Shown piece after piece: positions 11,763 through 22,294 of a stretch of DNA of 64,000 bases (the stretch's first letter is position 1; each line of letters starts with the position of its first letter). The notes below the pieces were generated by a model. It ran no database searches, had not been told where the DNA came from, and was given only the letters and a program-made list of their open reading frames with translations. The position numbers were made by a program, and so were the translations under genes. This DNA is from Dehalococcoidia bacterium (GTDB taxonomy: Bacteria > Chloroflexota > Dehalococcoidia > SHYD01), in the NCBI GenBank assembly GCA_965226775.1, contig CBDDEI010000002.1, forward strand, positions 18,479 to 82,478, in the 5' to 3' direction.

Positions 11763-14700
11763 ATGACCAGGATGTTCAGTCCGGCCAGACTGCTGCCGGC
11801 GGCGGGATGTGCCCTGCTCTGCCTAGTGCTGGCCCTGAGCTACGCCAGCGCGCAGACTCCTCCTGCCGCGCCTACCATCGACTCTGTAACTTCTGGCGAT
11901 ACCTCACTTACCGTGGCCTGGACCGCTCCCGCCGGCGAGACCGGCATCACGGCCTACGACGTGCGTCACATCGAGACCAGCGCGGATGAGACGATGGACT
12001 CCAACTGGATCATCAAGGACAACGCCTGGACATCCAGCGCGCTGCAATATACCATCACCGGCTTGACCAACGGCACGGAGTACGACGTGCAGGTACGCGC
12101 GGTAAACTCTCACGGAGACGGGACCTGGTCAGACATCAAGACCGGTACGCCGGCACTCCCTGCTCCCATTATAGATTCCGTGCGTGCCGATGACCGAGCC
12201 GTGCTGGTTTCCTGGAGCGCACCCACCGGCATCACCACCGGAGTCTCGGCTTACGACGTGCGCTACATCGAGACCAGCGCTGATAAGACGATGGACTCCA
12301 ACTGGACTGTGGAGGAGGACGCCTGGGAAGAGGGCGACGGCAGCCTGGCCTACGCCGTCACCGGCCTGACCAACGGCACGGAGTACGACGTGCAGGTGCG
12401 CGCGGTGGACGAAAAAGATGTCGACGGCGCCTGGTCGGCCACAACCAGCGCAACTCCCGCGGACCACGGCAACACCCAGGCAGCAGCCACTACCGTCTCT
12501 CCTGGCGCCAGAGTGTGGGGAGCCATTGACCCCGCCGACGATGAAGACTACTTCAGCTTTAGTGTGTCAAGGACAGCCGATTACTGGATATATACTTTAG
12601 GCGACCTGGATACCGTGGGTGAGCTGCTGGACGGTGACGGCATGTCCATCGACATCAGCGATAGAGGCTCCGTGCTGCCCAACCCGGACAACTTCTTCCT
12701 GTGGCAAAGACTCCAGTCCGGGACGTACTACATCAAGGTAACCGGCTACGGATCTACTGACGAACCATATGTCCTTAGGATCAGGGAGTTTAGGGACACA
12801 ACTTCAAGGAGCAACGCGGCCACTCTGAATCTCAACGGCTCCGCAAGCGCCACCATAGACCCGGAAGACGACGAAGACTACTTCAAGCTGGAGCTTTCCG
12901 AGACAACGGAAGTTGCCATTCGCGCCTCCGGGTACCCAGACACCGTTGGTGAGCTGCAAAGGAGCAACGGCACGGTAATTGCCTCCAACGATGACGGCTT
13001 TCTCTCTGGCGGCTGGACGAACTTTCTCATCCGGGAGAGCCTAAACGCCGGGGTGTACTACGTCAAGGTCAGCTCTTTCGCAAGTAGTTCCGATGGTCCA
13101 TACACAGTATATGCTACGGCTATAACCGAGCCGGGCAGCGCCATCGCCGACGCTCAGCCGCTGACCCTCGGCGGTACCGCAGGCGGAATCATAGACCCGG
13201 CCGGCGACGAGGATTACTTCAGCCTGACCCTCGAAGAGACAACGTACGTGATAATCGGTGGAGCGGGCGAAGTCGTTAATATCAGCGGCGATCTGACCGA
13301 TGAAAACGACCTCGCTGCCCCGGTAGACTCAGTTCACTTTAACCACTTATTCTTCTTCCAGGGCAGATTGGACGCGGGCACATACTACTTGAAGGTGACG
13401 GGCAAGGACGCCACGGAAACAGGGCGTTACACCGTCAGGGCTATTGTGGAGAGCAGCTACACTTATTTTGTAAACCGCTGCTCCAACATCCCAACCAGCA
13501 GCAGCATCAACGACCCGCTCTACGGATGCCAGTGGCACCTGAAGAACAATGACCAGTTCCGCAACAGTGGTGGGCATGACATACGCGTCGAGGAGGTATG
13601 GCCCACCTACACAGGCTCCGGCATCAACGTGGCAGTGGTGGACGATGGAATGCACTACTGGCACGAGGACCTGACCGGCAATGTCCTCACCTCCTTCAAT
13701 CACAACTATGACCCCGACCTGACCGACATCTACCATCCATTCGAGGACCACGGCACCGCGGTGGCCGGGCTCATCGCGGCGAAGGACAACAGCCTTGGCA
13801 TGCGCGGCGTAGCCCCCGAGGCCAAGATATACGGTTACAATTATCTGGTGGTAGATACCGTGGCCAACGCGGCGGACGCAATGTCTCGCAACGCGGCGAC
13901 CACGGCCATTTCCAACAACAGCTGGGGGCCTGGGGATTACGGTCGCCCGGAACCTGCCCCTGAGCTGTGGGAGACTGCGGTCAAGCATGGCGTCACCACC
14001 GGATACGACGGGAAAGGCGTCTTCTACGCCTGGGCTGCCGGCAACGGAGGAGACCGCGACGACTACTCCACTCTGGACGAGTTAGCGAACTTCTATGCCG
14101 TGACGGCCGTCTGCGCTGTCGGGCACGACGACATTAGAAGCGACTACTCGGAAGCAGGCGCAAACCTGTGGGTGTGCGGGCCGTCCAGCAGCGGGAGGGA
14201 TGGCCAGCCCCGAATAGCCACCACCGATAACGGACACCGGTATAGGGGCAGTTTTGGCGGCACCAGCGCCGCCACTCCCATCGTATCCGGCGTCGTCGCG
14301 CTGGTGCGCGAGGCCAACAGCGCGTTGACGTGGCGGGACGTCAAGCTCATCCTGGCGGCCTCCGCCCGCAAGAACGACCCAGATAACACCGGCTGGGTGG
14401 AAGGCGCTTTCAAGTACGGGTCGAGCACGGACCGCTACAACTTCAACCACGAGTACGGCTTCGGCATGGTGGACGCCAAGGCAGCCACGGACCTGGCTCC
14501 GGGCTGGACCAACGTCCGCGACTTGAGGGAAATCACCTCCGAATCCGGCGTCATCAACCTGCCAATCCCCGACTTCCCGTCATCCGGTACGCCTACCACC
14601 GTAACCACCAACCTGACCATCGACCCGTTTGTGGAGTTCGTCGAGTTTGTGGAGGTCAACGCCCACTTCTTCCACGCTAACTTCCGGGACCTGACCGTTG

Positions 14701-17700
14701 AGCTGGTCTCGCCCTCAGGGACCGTTTCAACGCTGTCCACTACCGCCCTTAGATTCGGGTCGTTGACCTACAAGTTCCGCTTTGGTTCGGCCCGCCATCT
14801 GGGCGAGGACGCGGCCGGCGAGTGGACGTTGCGGATTAAAGACCTGGAAAGAGTTGATACAGGAGCTCTCAGGTCGTGGGGTCTCACCATTTACGGTCAT
14901 GGCTTCGTTCCCGGCGAGCCTGAAATCGACGTTGTGACTCCGGGAGGAGGCACACTCGAAATTGACTGGAAAGCGCCGACCGACACAGGGGAAACGGCCA
15001 TCACGTCCTACGACCTGCGCTATATCCGAGATGACGTCACCGACAGGAGCGATGACAACTGGTCTGTGGTGACGGGCGTGGGGACGCCGAGCAACCGGAG
15101 CTACACCATCACCGGACTGAGCGGCGGAGTTAAGTACGATTTCCAACTCCGCGCCCACAACGATTCCGGACACGGCCCCTGGTCCCTAGGGGAAGCTGAC
15201 GAGCCCACCACGGTCAAGCCGGCCGCACCGGCCATTACCGACGTCACTCGCAGCGATAGGACACTGGCGGTCGTCTGGACGGCCCCCGCTGACACGGGTG
15301 GCGGGGTCACAGCCTACGACGTGCAGTACATCGAGACCAGCGAAGACGAGACGATGGAAGCCAACTGGACGGTACGGGACAACGCCTGGAGAAGCGGTGA
15401 CCTTAGATATATCATCTCCAATCTCACAAACGCGACGGAGTACGACGTACAGGTGCGGGCCGTCAACTCCGCGGGGGATGGAGCATGGTCTGACACAGAG
15501 ACCGGCACTCCGCTGCCGGACGACATACCCATAACGTTGCAGTGGGAAGAGACCTCTATTGAAGTGGCCGAGAACGCCGGGAGCATAGTCCTGAGGGCAG
15601 TAGTCACAACCACACTGGACGCGCCGCCGGAGGCTGACTTCACCTTCGATGTGACACTGACCACCACCGATAGCGGCACGACCCAAGGCGACGACTACAC
15701 GGCTCCGCCTTCGTCCGCAACCTTTGTCGCGAGCGACTTCAGCCAGACCGACGTGAACGGCCAGCAGCGCTACCGCGCCACCAGGGATTTCACCGTGGCC
15801 ATCATAGACGACACAGCGGATGAATCGAATGAATCATTCAGGGTAAGGCTGGCCTACCTGACTCCCGGCCTTACACATCTCCAGGGAGGCCCCTCTACCG
15901 CAGTCGTCACAATCCAGGACAACGAACACGTTCCAGTTACTCTCAGCTGGGAACAGCCGGATCTAACGGTCAGTGAGAACGCCGGAAACGCCACCCTGCG
16001 CGCTTACGCCATCACCACGGTGGACAAGCGGCCTGAAGACGGGTTCGCCTTCGACGCCTCCATCTATACGTCTGACGGCAGCGCGACCCAGCCCGGCGAC
16101 TATACGCGGGTGGACGATACCGTCACTTTCAGCCGGACCGACTTCAGCCGGGTAACCATCAACGGCGAACGACGCTATCGCGCCGCAAAGCAAGTGCCGG
16201 TGCCCATTCAGGATGACACATCCGACGAAGACGAGGAGGACTTCACGGCAACCATTGAGTACGCGAATCCCGGCCCGCTTCACCTGCAGGGCGGACTAGC
16301 CACTATGAGCGTAAAGATCACCGACAATGACTTCGTACCCGTCACCATCAGCTGGGACCAGTCGTTCGTGAGCGTCGACGAGGATGCGACAACGGTCACC
16401 CTGCAGGCCAGGGCTACCACCACGTCGGACAAAATGCCGGAGAGCGGTTTCACCGTCGCGCTGTCCGCGGCGACGGCCGGCGACACCGCCACCCGAGGCT
16501 CGGACTATCGGAGGCTGACCAGCAACTTCCGCTTCAGCCAGGGCGACTTCACGCGCGTAGAGGTGGGGGGCCAATTCCGCTTCCAGGCAACCAAGGACAT
16601 CAGCGTCTCCATCATCAATGACACCGCCGACGAGCCGGACGAGGACTTCACGGTAACCCTGAGCTACTCCAACCCAAGCCTCCCTCATCTACAGGGAGGT
16701 CCTGCCACTACGACGGTGACCATTACTGATAACGACCACGTGCCCGTGGTCCTGAGTTGGGAGCAGGCGGCGGTGACGGCCGAAGAAGCCACGAGTCCTG
16801 GGAGCACGCGCCCCGTCTCCCTGCGCGCAGTCGCCGTCACCACCAAGGACAAGATGCCGGAGAGCGGCTTCACCTTCGACGTAACCGTAGCCACCGCAGA
16901 CGGCAGCGCAACCCAGCCCGCCGACTACCAGCAGTTGTCCGACACGGCGACCTTCAACCGGAGTGATTTCAGCCTGGCGACCATCAGCGGCCTGCGGCGT
17001 TACCGCGCGGTGAAGACCTTCACGGTATTAGTCACTCACGACACCCTCCAGGAACCCAACGAGACCTTCACGGTGACCCTGAACTACGCCGACCCCAGTC
17101 TGCCGTACCTGCAAGGTGGAAGGGACACGGCGACGGTGACCATCACCGACGATATATCATCTACCGTGGACTTGAGTACAACGGTATTCGGCTCGCCCTT
17201 CCGTGTCTCCCGGAGCGAGGAGTTGACCTACAACTACACCGTCAGTAACTCCGGCCCGGCTGCTTCGACAAACACGGTTGTGAGGAGCACGCTCAACCGG
17301 GGCGTGAGCTTCGTGTCGGCTACTCCCGCTGACAAGTGCGCCCACTCGGGAGGAGCGACCGGCGGCGTGGTCACCTGTACGTTTGACACCCTGGATGCGG
17401 GCGCAAGCGAGGCAGGCGAGATCGTGGTGCAGGTCGGGCCAGCGGCATCCGCGGACATCGCCATTACCTCCATAGCCACTGGCGGCGAGCTGGACCGCAG
17501 TCCGGGGGACAACACGGCCACCGCGTTCACCGAACTCCTTGCCCCGCCCGAGCAGGTGACGAATCTGTCACCTGCTCGGAGCGGCGTCGATTTCATCGAA
17601 CTATCGTGGGCCACGCCCGTAGACAATGGCAGCCCCATCACCCGTTACGAGCTGGAACGCAAGGAGGCCGGCGAGAGCTATGTCCCCATCAATCCCGGAC

Positions 17701-19082
17701 CTAGCGCCGCGGCTACAACGTACCTGGACAGCCAGGTGCCGGCTGGAACGACCTACACCTACCAGTTGCGCGCCGTCAACGCCGACGGCGACGCCGAATG
17801 GTCCAACGAGGCGACTGCAACCGCTAGGGAAACCCGGCCTCCACCTACTCCTGGGCCGCGCGGTGGCGGCGGAGGCGGTGGCGGAGGCCGCTCTGCCCAA
17901 ACGCCGAGCCCAACGCCAACACCGAGCCCTACGCCGACGGCGACACCGACCCCTACCGGACCGCAGTTCTCCGGCTTGATTGCCGCGGAGCCCAGCGTGA
18001 CTGCAACGGTGGTTCCCGAGGGCACCACCCTCGGCCTTAACGGCGGTGGAGACCTGCCAGGCGGCGTCTACGTGAACTTCCCACCCACCGCAGTGGCCTT
18101 ACCGGTGCACGTCAGTGTCTCGGTGAGCAACGAAGCACCGAGCGACGTAGTAGCGCCCAGCGGTACTACCCTGCTGCCGCTCACCATCGACATCATCCCG
18201 GAAACGCCCCTCACCCTGGGCGAGCCGCTGACTATTGAGATAAACCCCACGCCAGAACAGCTGGAGGCCGCAGGCGGTGACCTGAACCACCTCGCCGTGG
18301 GCGTGGTAACTCCCAATGGCATAGTGGTGCTGCCCGTGCAGGTGCTGCACGGCAGGCTGGTGGTGACTATCGACCACCTCTCCACCTTCGTCCTGCTTGC
18401 AGTCACGGACCCCGGCCCGATCCTGACCCAGCCGCCGATGGGCGATGCCTCGTCTATGGGGCCGCTGCTGCAGTGGACCCAACCGCCGCGCACTACCTGG
18501 TTCCAGGTGCAGGTGATCCCCTTCAACGAGGACGGCCCCGGCATCAACCTGGTTATCGGCGATAGCGCGCAAGTGCGCGCCGCGCAGTACCAGGTCCTGG
18601 GCCCCAACTTCGGCAGTGCTGACCCCAATTACGTGATGCTACCCGATATGACCTACCTCTGGCGGGTGCGTACTGCCACGGTGCTGACGAACCCTGAGGA
18701 GGCAGACTGGAGCGCATGGGCAGTGAGCAGCTTCAAGACCCCACCGGCCAGCAGCAGCACCATCACCCCGGTGGCGCCGCCGGCCTTTGGGCAGGTGAGC
18801 ACGCTTACGCCGACGTTGACCTGGGCGAACTCTAACACCGCCGTGTTCTACTACGAGGTGCAGGTAAGCAGGGACTACGCGTTCGGGCCAAACGCCTTCC
18901 TATATAATGAGTACGTGCATGGTGGAGCGAGCACCCCGACCAACAGCTACGTGGTACCGGCAGCCTTCCCGCTAGAGGCAGGCGAGATCTACTACTGGCG
19001 GGTGCGGCCGCGGATTCAGGGCGACGGCGACCCGCTGCCGTGGAGCGCCACCTACGTGTTCCTGGCGCCCGCCGGCCAGTAG
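11763..19082 (+). CDS. Surface protein 4: kexin/furin-like S8 serine protease with Fn3, PPC-like, P-domain, Calx-beta-like and DUF11-like domains and the shared C-terminal module
   Basis: Intact 2439-aa ORF with signal peptide; catalytic motifs VAVVDDG, HGTAVAG, WAAGNGG and GGTSAATP; LTWRDVKLIL; P-domain GEWTLRIKD. Confidence 0.9.
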   Translation: MTRMFSPARLLPAAGCALLCLVLALSYASAQTPPAAPTIDSVTSGDTSLTVAWTAPAGETGITAYDVRHIETSADETMDSNWIIKDNAWTSSALQYTITGLTNGTEYDVQVRAVNSHGDGTWSDIKTGTPALPAPIIDSVRADDRAVLVSWSAPTGITTGVSAYDVRYIETSADKTMDSNWTVEEDAWEEGDGSLAYAVTGLTNGTEYDVQVRAVDEKDVDGAWSATTSATPADHGNTQAAATTVSPGARVWGAIDPADDEDYFSFSVSRTADYWIYTLGDLDTVGELLDGDGMSIDISDRGSVLPNPDNFFLWQRLQSGTYYIKVTGYGSTDEPYVLRIREFRDTTSRSNAATLNLNGSASATIDPEDDEDYFKLELSETTEVAIRASGYPDTVGELQRSNGTVIASNDDGFLSGGWTNFLIRESLNAGVYYVKVSSFASSSDGPYTVYATAITEPGSAIADAQPLTLGGTAGGIIDPAGDEDYFSLTLEETTYVIIGGAGEVVNISGDLTDENDLAAPVDSVHFNHLFFFQGRLDAGTYYLKVTGKDATETGRYTVRAIVESSYTYFVNRCSNIPTSSSINDPLYGCQWHLKNNDQFRNSGGHDIRVEEVWPTYTGSGINVAVVDDGMHYWHEDLTGNVLTSFNHNYDPDLTDIYHPFEDHGTAVAGLIAAKDNSLGMRGVAPEAKIYGYNYLVVDTVANAADAMSRNAATTAISNNSWGPGDYGRPEPAPELWETAVKHGVTTGYDGKGVFYAWAAGNGGDRDDYSTLDELANFYAVTAVCAVGHDDIRSDYSEAGANLWVCGPSSSGRDGQPRIATTDNGHRYRGSFGGTSAATPIVSGVVALVREANSALTWRDVKLILAASARKNDPDNTGWVEGAFKYGSSTDRYNFNHEYGFGMVDAKAATDLAPGWTNVRDLREITSESGVINLPIPDFPSSGTPTTVTTNLTIDPFVEFVEFVEVNAHFFHANFRDLTVELVSPSGTVSTLSTTALRFGSLTYKFRFGSARHLGEDAAGEWTLRIKDLERVDTGALRSWGLTIYGHGFVPGEPEIDVVTPGGGTLEIDWKAPTDTGETAITSYDLRYIRDDVTDRSDDNWSVVTGVGTPSNRSYTITGLSGGVKYDFQLRAHNDSGHGPWSLGEADEPTTVKPAAPAITDVTRSDRTLAVVWTAPADTGGGVTAYDVQYIETSEDETMEANWTVRDNAWRSGDLRYIISNLTNATEYDVQVRAVNSAGDGAWSDTETGTPLPDDIPITLQWEETSIEVAENAGSIVLRAVVTTTLDAPPEADFTFDVTLTTTDSGTTQGDDYTAPPSSATFVASDFSQTDVNGQQRYRATRDFTVAIIDDTADESNESFRVRLAYLTPGLTHLQGGPSTAVVTIQDNEHVPVTLSWEQPDLTVSENAGNATLRAYAITTVDKRPEDGFAFDASIYTSDGSATQPGDYTRVDDTVTFSRTDFSRVTINGERRYRAAKQVPVPIQDDTSDEDEEDFTATIEYANPGPLHLQGGLATMSVKITDNDFVPVTISWDQSFVSVDEDATTVTLQARATTTSDKMPESGFTVALSAATAGDTATRGSDYRRLTSNFRFSQGDFTRVEVGGQFRFQATKDISVSIINDTADEPDEDFTVTLSYSNPSLPHLQGGPATTTVTITDNDHVPVVLSWEQAAVTAEEATSPGSTRPVSLRAVAVTTKDKMPESGFTFDVTVATADGSATQPADYQQLSDTATFNRSDFSLATISGLRRYRAVKTFTVLVTHDTLQEPNETFTVTLNYADPSLPYLQGGRDTATVTITDDISSTVDLSTTVFGSPFRVSRSEELTYNYTVSNSGPAASTNTVVRSTLNRGVSFVSATPADKCAHSGGATGGVVTCTFDTLDAGASEAGEIVVQVGPAASADIAITSIATGGELDRSPGDNTATAFTELLAPPEQVTNLSPARSGVDFIELSWATPVDNGSPITRYELERKEAGESYVPINPGPSAAATTYLDSQVPAGTTYTYQLRAVNADGDAEWSNEATATARETRPPPTPGPRGGGGGGGGGRSAQTPSPTPTPSPTPTATPTPTGPQFSGLIAAEPSVTATVVPEGTTLGLNGGGDLPGGVYVNFPPTAVALPVHVSVSVSNEAPSDVVAPSGTTLLPLTIDIIPETPLTLGEPLTIEINPTPEQLEAAGGDLNHLAVGVVTPNGIVVLPVQVLHGRLVVTIDHLSTFVLLAVTDPGPILTQPPMGDASSMGPLLQWTQPPRTTWFQVQVIPFNEDGPGINLVIGDSAQVRAAQYQVLGPNFGSADPNYVMLPDMTYLWRVRTATVLTNPEEADWSAWAVSSFKTPPASSSTITPVAPPAFGQVSTLTPTLTWANSNTAVFYYEVQVSRDYAFGPNAFLYNEYVHGGASTPTNSYVVPAAFPLEAGEIYYWRVRPRIQGDGDPLPWSATYVFLAPAGQ

Positions 19083-19700
19083 GCCAGCCGACGAGCGTTG
19101 AGTAAGCAGGGGGCCTGATGGCCTCCTCCTTATGAGTCTCCCGCGCACAAGGAGAGGGCGGCGACACGCGGGTTTAGCGGCGTGCTTCCCAGTCTTTAGG
19201 TAATGTCCGTGTGGCAACAGGGGATCAAAATGAGTGGGCGCGGCGAGGGTACCCTGAAAAGATGTGACCGAGTCCAACTCATAGGGCCAAGCGCACCGGC
19301 GAAGGGAAACGCCCAGCAGTCAGTTCTGACCACTTTGCCGCGCGGGTAATTCGCGCCTCCCTCGTTGACCTGACCCAGGGTGGTTAGTAAATCTGTGTAA
19401 ATAGAGCACTGCCTTGACCATTGATTTTGGTCAGGAGGTACTCGTATGGGGCTAGATGGGCCGCTGCTAGGACCGCTACAGCGGGCGAACCGGCTCTTGC
19501 CGCTGCCTTCGCCTGCGGAGCTATAGGCACTGCCATTCTACTCCCCGACGAATTTCGTCATTCCCCTGGCGCCCAAGCCGCCGATTCCTTTTGCGGAGAT
19601 GAGAATAGCTGAGGCTGTTATTATCGGCGAGGCGCCTCTGCGACAACATGGCCGGGCTGTCAGGCGTGGCCAAGACAACCAAGTCGGTTGTGACTCGCTT

Positions 19701-19912
19701 TCAGCTCAGAGATTCAAGTCCCTCGAGGACTAGACGTGCTGCCTCCTCGACTTCGCCGTCCGAGTTAAATCTGCCGAAGCTGAAGCGTATGGAGGAGTCG
19801 GCCTGCACGGCGCTGAGGCCGAGGGCGCGGAGCACGTGAGAAGGCTCGGGAATGCCTGACGTGCAGGCTGCGCCCGTGGACGCCGCAACCCGTGGTTGGG
19901 GCGCCTATTAAC
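19701..19912 (-). pseudogene. Cysteine desulfurase (IscS/DndA-like) C-terminal remnant
   Basis: Manual translation gives QPRVAASTGAACTSGIPEPSHVLRALGL..SSIRFSFGRF, including the catalytic Cys; no start codon or 5' part; absent from the ORF track. Confidence 0.85.
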
Positions 19913-19919
19913 TGATTGC

Positions 19920-20336
19920 AAGGCTTCTGCTTTAGTCAAGCAGGACCATCAAAGGGCAAGCAATTCCAGCGGGGGCAGTCAAATTCTTCAAAATAACGGC
20001 CGAAGCATCGACGAAGGCCTCGAATACACGTTGACTGAAGCTCTCCTGGATACCCCGGCTTTTTTGATTTGAAAGAGATTGGCGGAGAAGTACGAATCGT
20101 CTTCAATTATGATGCACCCGGCTTATCGGGTCATTAAAGATTCCTTTAACAAGGGAGCGGATAATCTTTCGTCTTCCAGTTTCTCGGCAACTGTTTTGCT
20201 GCTTCAGGCGTGGGCTGACTTCGAGAAGCTCCAGCCGGATGGGGCAGGGAAATATCAAGCCCAAGAAGTCCGAGAAGACGGGGGGCGGTTAGGTCGAGAA
20301 ATCTTGGCTGCTGCCCGGGTCGATGCGAATGACTAG
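19920..20336 (+). pseudogene. Truncated hypothetical gene upstream of the PLD gene
   Basis: The frame of ORF 20079-20336 stays open upstream beyond an in-frame TGA at 20070; its end overlaps the start of the PLD gene. Confidence 0.4.
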
Positions 20337-21270
20337 GATTGGGGATGAACTGATAGACCTCTTGAGTGGTGCTCGATCGGAAGCAACCATAGTTGCACCG
20401 TTTATGAAGGCCACAGCGGTAAAACGCCTCATACAGAATCTGGCACCCGGCGTGGCCCTATCCTGCATTACTAGATGGCACCCTCACGAGATCAAGTATG
20501 GGGTCAGTGACCTAGAGGTTTGGGATGTCTTGCAAGCACATCAACCTTCAAGCCTGTCCCTCATTCCCACCCTACACGCGAAGTTCTATAGGGCTGATGA
20601 CCGTTATGCCATTGGCTCGGCGAACCTAACCAATGCAGCCTTGGGATGGTCGGCGCAGCCAAATGTCGAATTAATGATCTCAGGTGAGGTTGACCAGGTG
20701 TTAAGGGGCTGGGAGTCTTTTCTTCTGTCTCAAGCGACAAAGGTTGATGAGTCTCTAGTTCGGTTCTTTGAACGACTGGTTGATCATCTACCAAATGACG
20801 ACTTTGTCTTTACCGAACATTACCCAGACACGGAAAGTTCCTTGGACGAGGAATATGACACTCCAAAACTCGAGGTCATGTCTTGGTTGCCAATGACGCG
20901 GTATCCCGAACAGTTGTACAAAGTCTACCTTGGGCACACAGAAGAATTGAGTGCGGGGGCACGGGAATCAGCGAAAATCGACCTGCTCGCATTGGCAGTT
21001 CCCAAGGGGCTGGGCGCAGACGGATTCGGAGTATCGGTGGCTGCTAGTTTGCTGCAAATGCCGGTTGTTCACCAGATAGATCAATTCCTTGCTCAGCCGC
21101 GTTCCTTCGGAGCGGTGCGAGACTTCCTCAGGGCGTTGCCCCAATATCCACAACACCGGGAGCCGAGTACCGACTGGCAAACTATGATGAGGTGGTTTCG
21201 GCATTTCCTACCTCAAAGATTCCATGTTTCGGTTCCCAATTACTCCGAAGTAATCTATAGGGTGGAATAG
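20323..21270 (+). CDS. Phospholipase D-family (HKD) nuclease-like protein
   Basis: IVAPFMK and LHAKFYRAD..IGSANLT (single HxKxxxxD motif); lower GC than the flanks. Confidence 0.8.
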   Translation: MRMTRIGDELIDLLSGARSEATIVAPFMKATAVKRLIQNLAPGVALSCITRWHPHEIKYGVSDLEVWDVLQAHQPSSLSLIPTLHAKFYRADDRYAIGSANLTNAALGWSAQPNVELMISGEVDQVLRGWESFLLSQATKVDESLVRFFERLVDHLPNDDFVFTEHYPDTESSLDEEYDTPKLEVMSWLPMTRYPEQLYKVYLGHTEELSAGARESAKIDLLALAVPKGLGADGFGVSVAASLLQMPVVHQIDQFLAQPRSFGAVRDFLRALPQYPQHREPSTDWQTMMRWFRHFLPQRFHVSVPNYSEVIYRVE

Positions 21271-21376
21271 AACGCGCTACTATCCCAGCAGACAACGAAG
21301 GGCGATCTAGCGAAGTAGTTAGCTTTCTACGATGCCTCGAATTGCGGCGAAGAATCCTCACTCTCCTCTTTAACAC

Positions 21377-22287
21377 GTGGTGGGCGCGCGGGCGAGAGCC
21401 CGTTCTAGAGCAAGTCGTGCTCGGGGACTGCCTGGTGAGATTCGAGCCCAGGTTGATAGCGACTTCCGCGCAGTGCATGATTTGGGAACGGCGCCTGGCC
21501 AGGTGGCCATCGTAGAGGCTGCACGGAGCCGAGGAGTGGCCTTCCCTGATGAATCCGGAAGCATCAAGGATACTTATGAACAAGCCTTCCGCTGCCTACT
21601 AGAGCACCCCGATGTCTTCGACTTGGCCCTTCGGTTCTGGGAAACCGATATCCTAAGCCAGACGCAGTAGGTGCGCCGGACGGGACTCCCGGTCGTCGAG
21701 CCCGATCTCAGCGATATTGCCATCAATGCCCTTCGCGTAAATCTGCAGAGCCACTTCCTTCAAATTGTCTTTCTCTACTCTCCAAGCAAAGAGCGTCTAG
21801 ATACGAACTATCATGGGTCATACAAGGACATCCACGAACTGCAGCGGCTCTTCGCGTTCGCGATGCCAGACATCGGGTTGGACTCGATCCGCAACTCAAG
21901 CCGAGTCTACGACCTTGAACGCCTCAAGGAGCGGACCTTCGCCTGGGTATTCGAACCCTCATGGAACATCAAAAGGGTTGTGGTTAAGCGCCTCAGGTTA
22001 TCCGTGCACAGGGCATCAACAGGCATATTACTTTGGCCGGTGACACTCGGCGCAAAGCTGATGTGGTCTACGATCTCCTCGATGACGCGTTCGCCTCCGG
22101 GCAAACGCTGAGGCTCAATCGGTACCGTGTGACCCAGGCCGAGATTAAGGTGGAGTTTGACAACAACTACCGTCGCCAGTCCCTCCCCTTCACGTTAACA
22201 GCCCCAGACAGGTCCTCCCTCGGCTTGGACGGAGAGGAGCGCAACATCCGGGAGATGCTGGTGCGTTCAGGGATCGAACAGAGCTGA
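21377..22287 (+). pseudogene. Fragmented hypothetical gene of the mobile element
   Basis: ORFs 21377-21670 and 21671-22111 are separated only by an in-frame TAG, then shift into 22033-22287. Confidence 0.5.
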
Positions 22288-22294
22288 CGGACTT

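Noticed and set aside
1-19082. Diversity-generating retroelement explaining the repeated 3' ends
   Set aside because: No reverse transcriptase in the window; differences are not adenine-specific; the repeats are whole 1.1-kb coding modules.
19083-19700. attL copy of the tRNA-Asn 3' end, or real genes in the short ORFs here
   Set aside because: No match seen by eye; the short ORFs have no recognisable motifs.
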